Assembly (NCBI GenBank): GCA_965153285.1
Contig: OZ229112.1
Source of the DNA: Podarcis tiliguerta
Taxonomy: Eukaryota
DNA length: 64,000 nucleotides
Strand: one strand, 5' to 3'
The notes under the pieces were generated by a model. That model did not search any database. It had not been told where the DNA came from and was given only the letters and a program-made list of their open reading frames with translations. A program made the position numbers and the translations under genes. Shown one piece after another: positions 62,761 to 64,000 of this stretch. The first letter of the stretch is position 1; every line of letters starts with the position of its first letter.

Positions 62761-63706
62761 GAATGCCACATGCTTTGGGTATCAACACATGATTTTGTTC
62801 TATGGTACCTTCTTAAGGAGAGAAAGTCTGATGTGTTTACACTTGCTAGGGATTTCCTCATTTTAATGTATAAATGTGCGTAGATACATGATGTCTACAC
62901 ATGATGAATGGCATGGGGCTCCTGCCAAAAACAGCCACCCTTTGCACCCCTCCTCTCTCTCCCATGTCATACTGCAAGCTCCTCTTACCCATTGTGTGTG
63001 AGTAAACCAGTGTGATGGCATCACTGTATGGGGACCATAGCTCAAAATATTATGGTGGCAGGAGGGCAGAGAAATTAGACACAGGGCTGCTGTTTCCATC
63101 CATACTCACATGAACTTTGTAACATCTCATTCCCTCCCCAAGCAGCATCTGAAACCTTCATGGTGCTGTAATATTTTGTGGTGTTTATATTTCACCTGCT
63201 TGTGCATTTGTTATTTTCCCAGCTATTTCATCTCCTTTCCTCAAATCATAAACTCTAGCTTTTTCCAGCTCCACATATTCCATTCAAATTGTGCAAATTA
63301 CTATAATGTTGCAGTCCAACTAATGGCTGCATCTAAGATTAAACAGAATGAGTGATCTTGCCAGTGCAGAATAGAATTTATTGTACTTGGCTTGCTGGTT
63401 TAATGACATAATACAGTGTGACGGAACCTGCTGGTGCAGAACACACTCAGTATGCATGGCTCTGCTACCAGAGAATGAGATATAAACTGCTTATAGAACC
63501 TAGTGGGAATGTAATTTTCTTAGAAAAGCTAAAATTCAGCATTTGGCTTGCAAATGAAAAAAAAAAGAAAGAATCTAAGGAGCCTAAATTAACATTAACA
63601 CTGAGAAAAAATGGCAACTAACTTGATCAAGACCTCTCATTAACTCTGCTAAGCAGATAAGCAAGAAGTGCAGTGGAAAAGTTAATGTAACATAATGTAA
63701 TGTTCT

Positions 63707-64000
63707 GGGACGCGGGTGGCGCTGTGGGTAAAACCTCAGTGCCTAGGGCTTGCCGATCGCATGGTCGGCGGTTCGAATCCCCGCGGCGGGGTGAGCTCCC
63801 GTCCTTCGGTCCCAGCTCCTGCCCACCTAGCAGTTCGAAAGCACCCCTAAGTGCAAGTAGATAAATAGGTACCGCTTTATAGCGGGAAGGTAAACGGCGT
63901 TTCCGTGTGCGGCGCTGGTGCCGGCTTGCCAGAGCAGCTTCGTCACGCTGGCCACGTGACCCAGAAGTGTCTCCGGACAGCGCTGGCCCCCGGCCTCTTT
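63707..64000 (+). mobile_element. Sauria SINE (cut by window end), inside SLC35F1 last intron
   Basis: A box 63717-63728, B box GGTTCGAATCC 63770-63780; body aligns to the reverse complement of 41775-42143. Confidence 0.92.

Noticed and set aside
63707-63790. tRNA-like A and B boxes (also near 42060-42143 on the - strand)
   Set aside because: SINE head with no cloverleaf; continues directly into the SINE body
56499-64000. Searched for the penultimate SLC35F1 exon
   Set aside because: No matching minus-strand peptide found by eye or in the ORF track; presumably beyond 64000

Overview
This is eukaryotic (vertebrate) DNA from a squamate lizard, probably a lacertid given the Sauria SINE type and MITE repertoire. 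It holds the convergent 3' ends of two genes. On the + strand, ten coding exons of CEP85L (1230-26788) splice in frame across GT-AG introns into the C-terminal 459 aa, followed by a probable ~5.9 kb 3' UTR ending near 32.7 kb. On the - strand lies the last coding exon of SLC35F1 (56498-56274), with its last intron running past the window end. The rest is intron, UTR or intergenic DNA carrying many non-autonomous DNA transposons (TA-flanked Tc1/mariner-superfamily MITEs, hAT elements with 8-bp TSDs), two young Sauria SINEs, decayed CR1/L2/Penelope fragments and microsatellites. Almost all ORFs in the supplied track are spurious. I found no evidence of a wholly new biological system. The best leads are: two possible extra frame-preserving CEP85L exons (186 nt and 24 nt); a NAGNAG acceptor; a pair of oppositely oriented MITEs, each filled with CpG-rich hairpin arrays, bracketing two exons; a C-terminal CaaX motif; and a muscle-type motif cluster in the intron that in mammals hosts PLN. 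Gene identities come from my recognition of the peptides; no database search was run.
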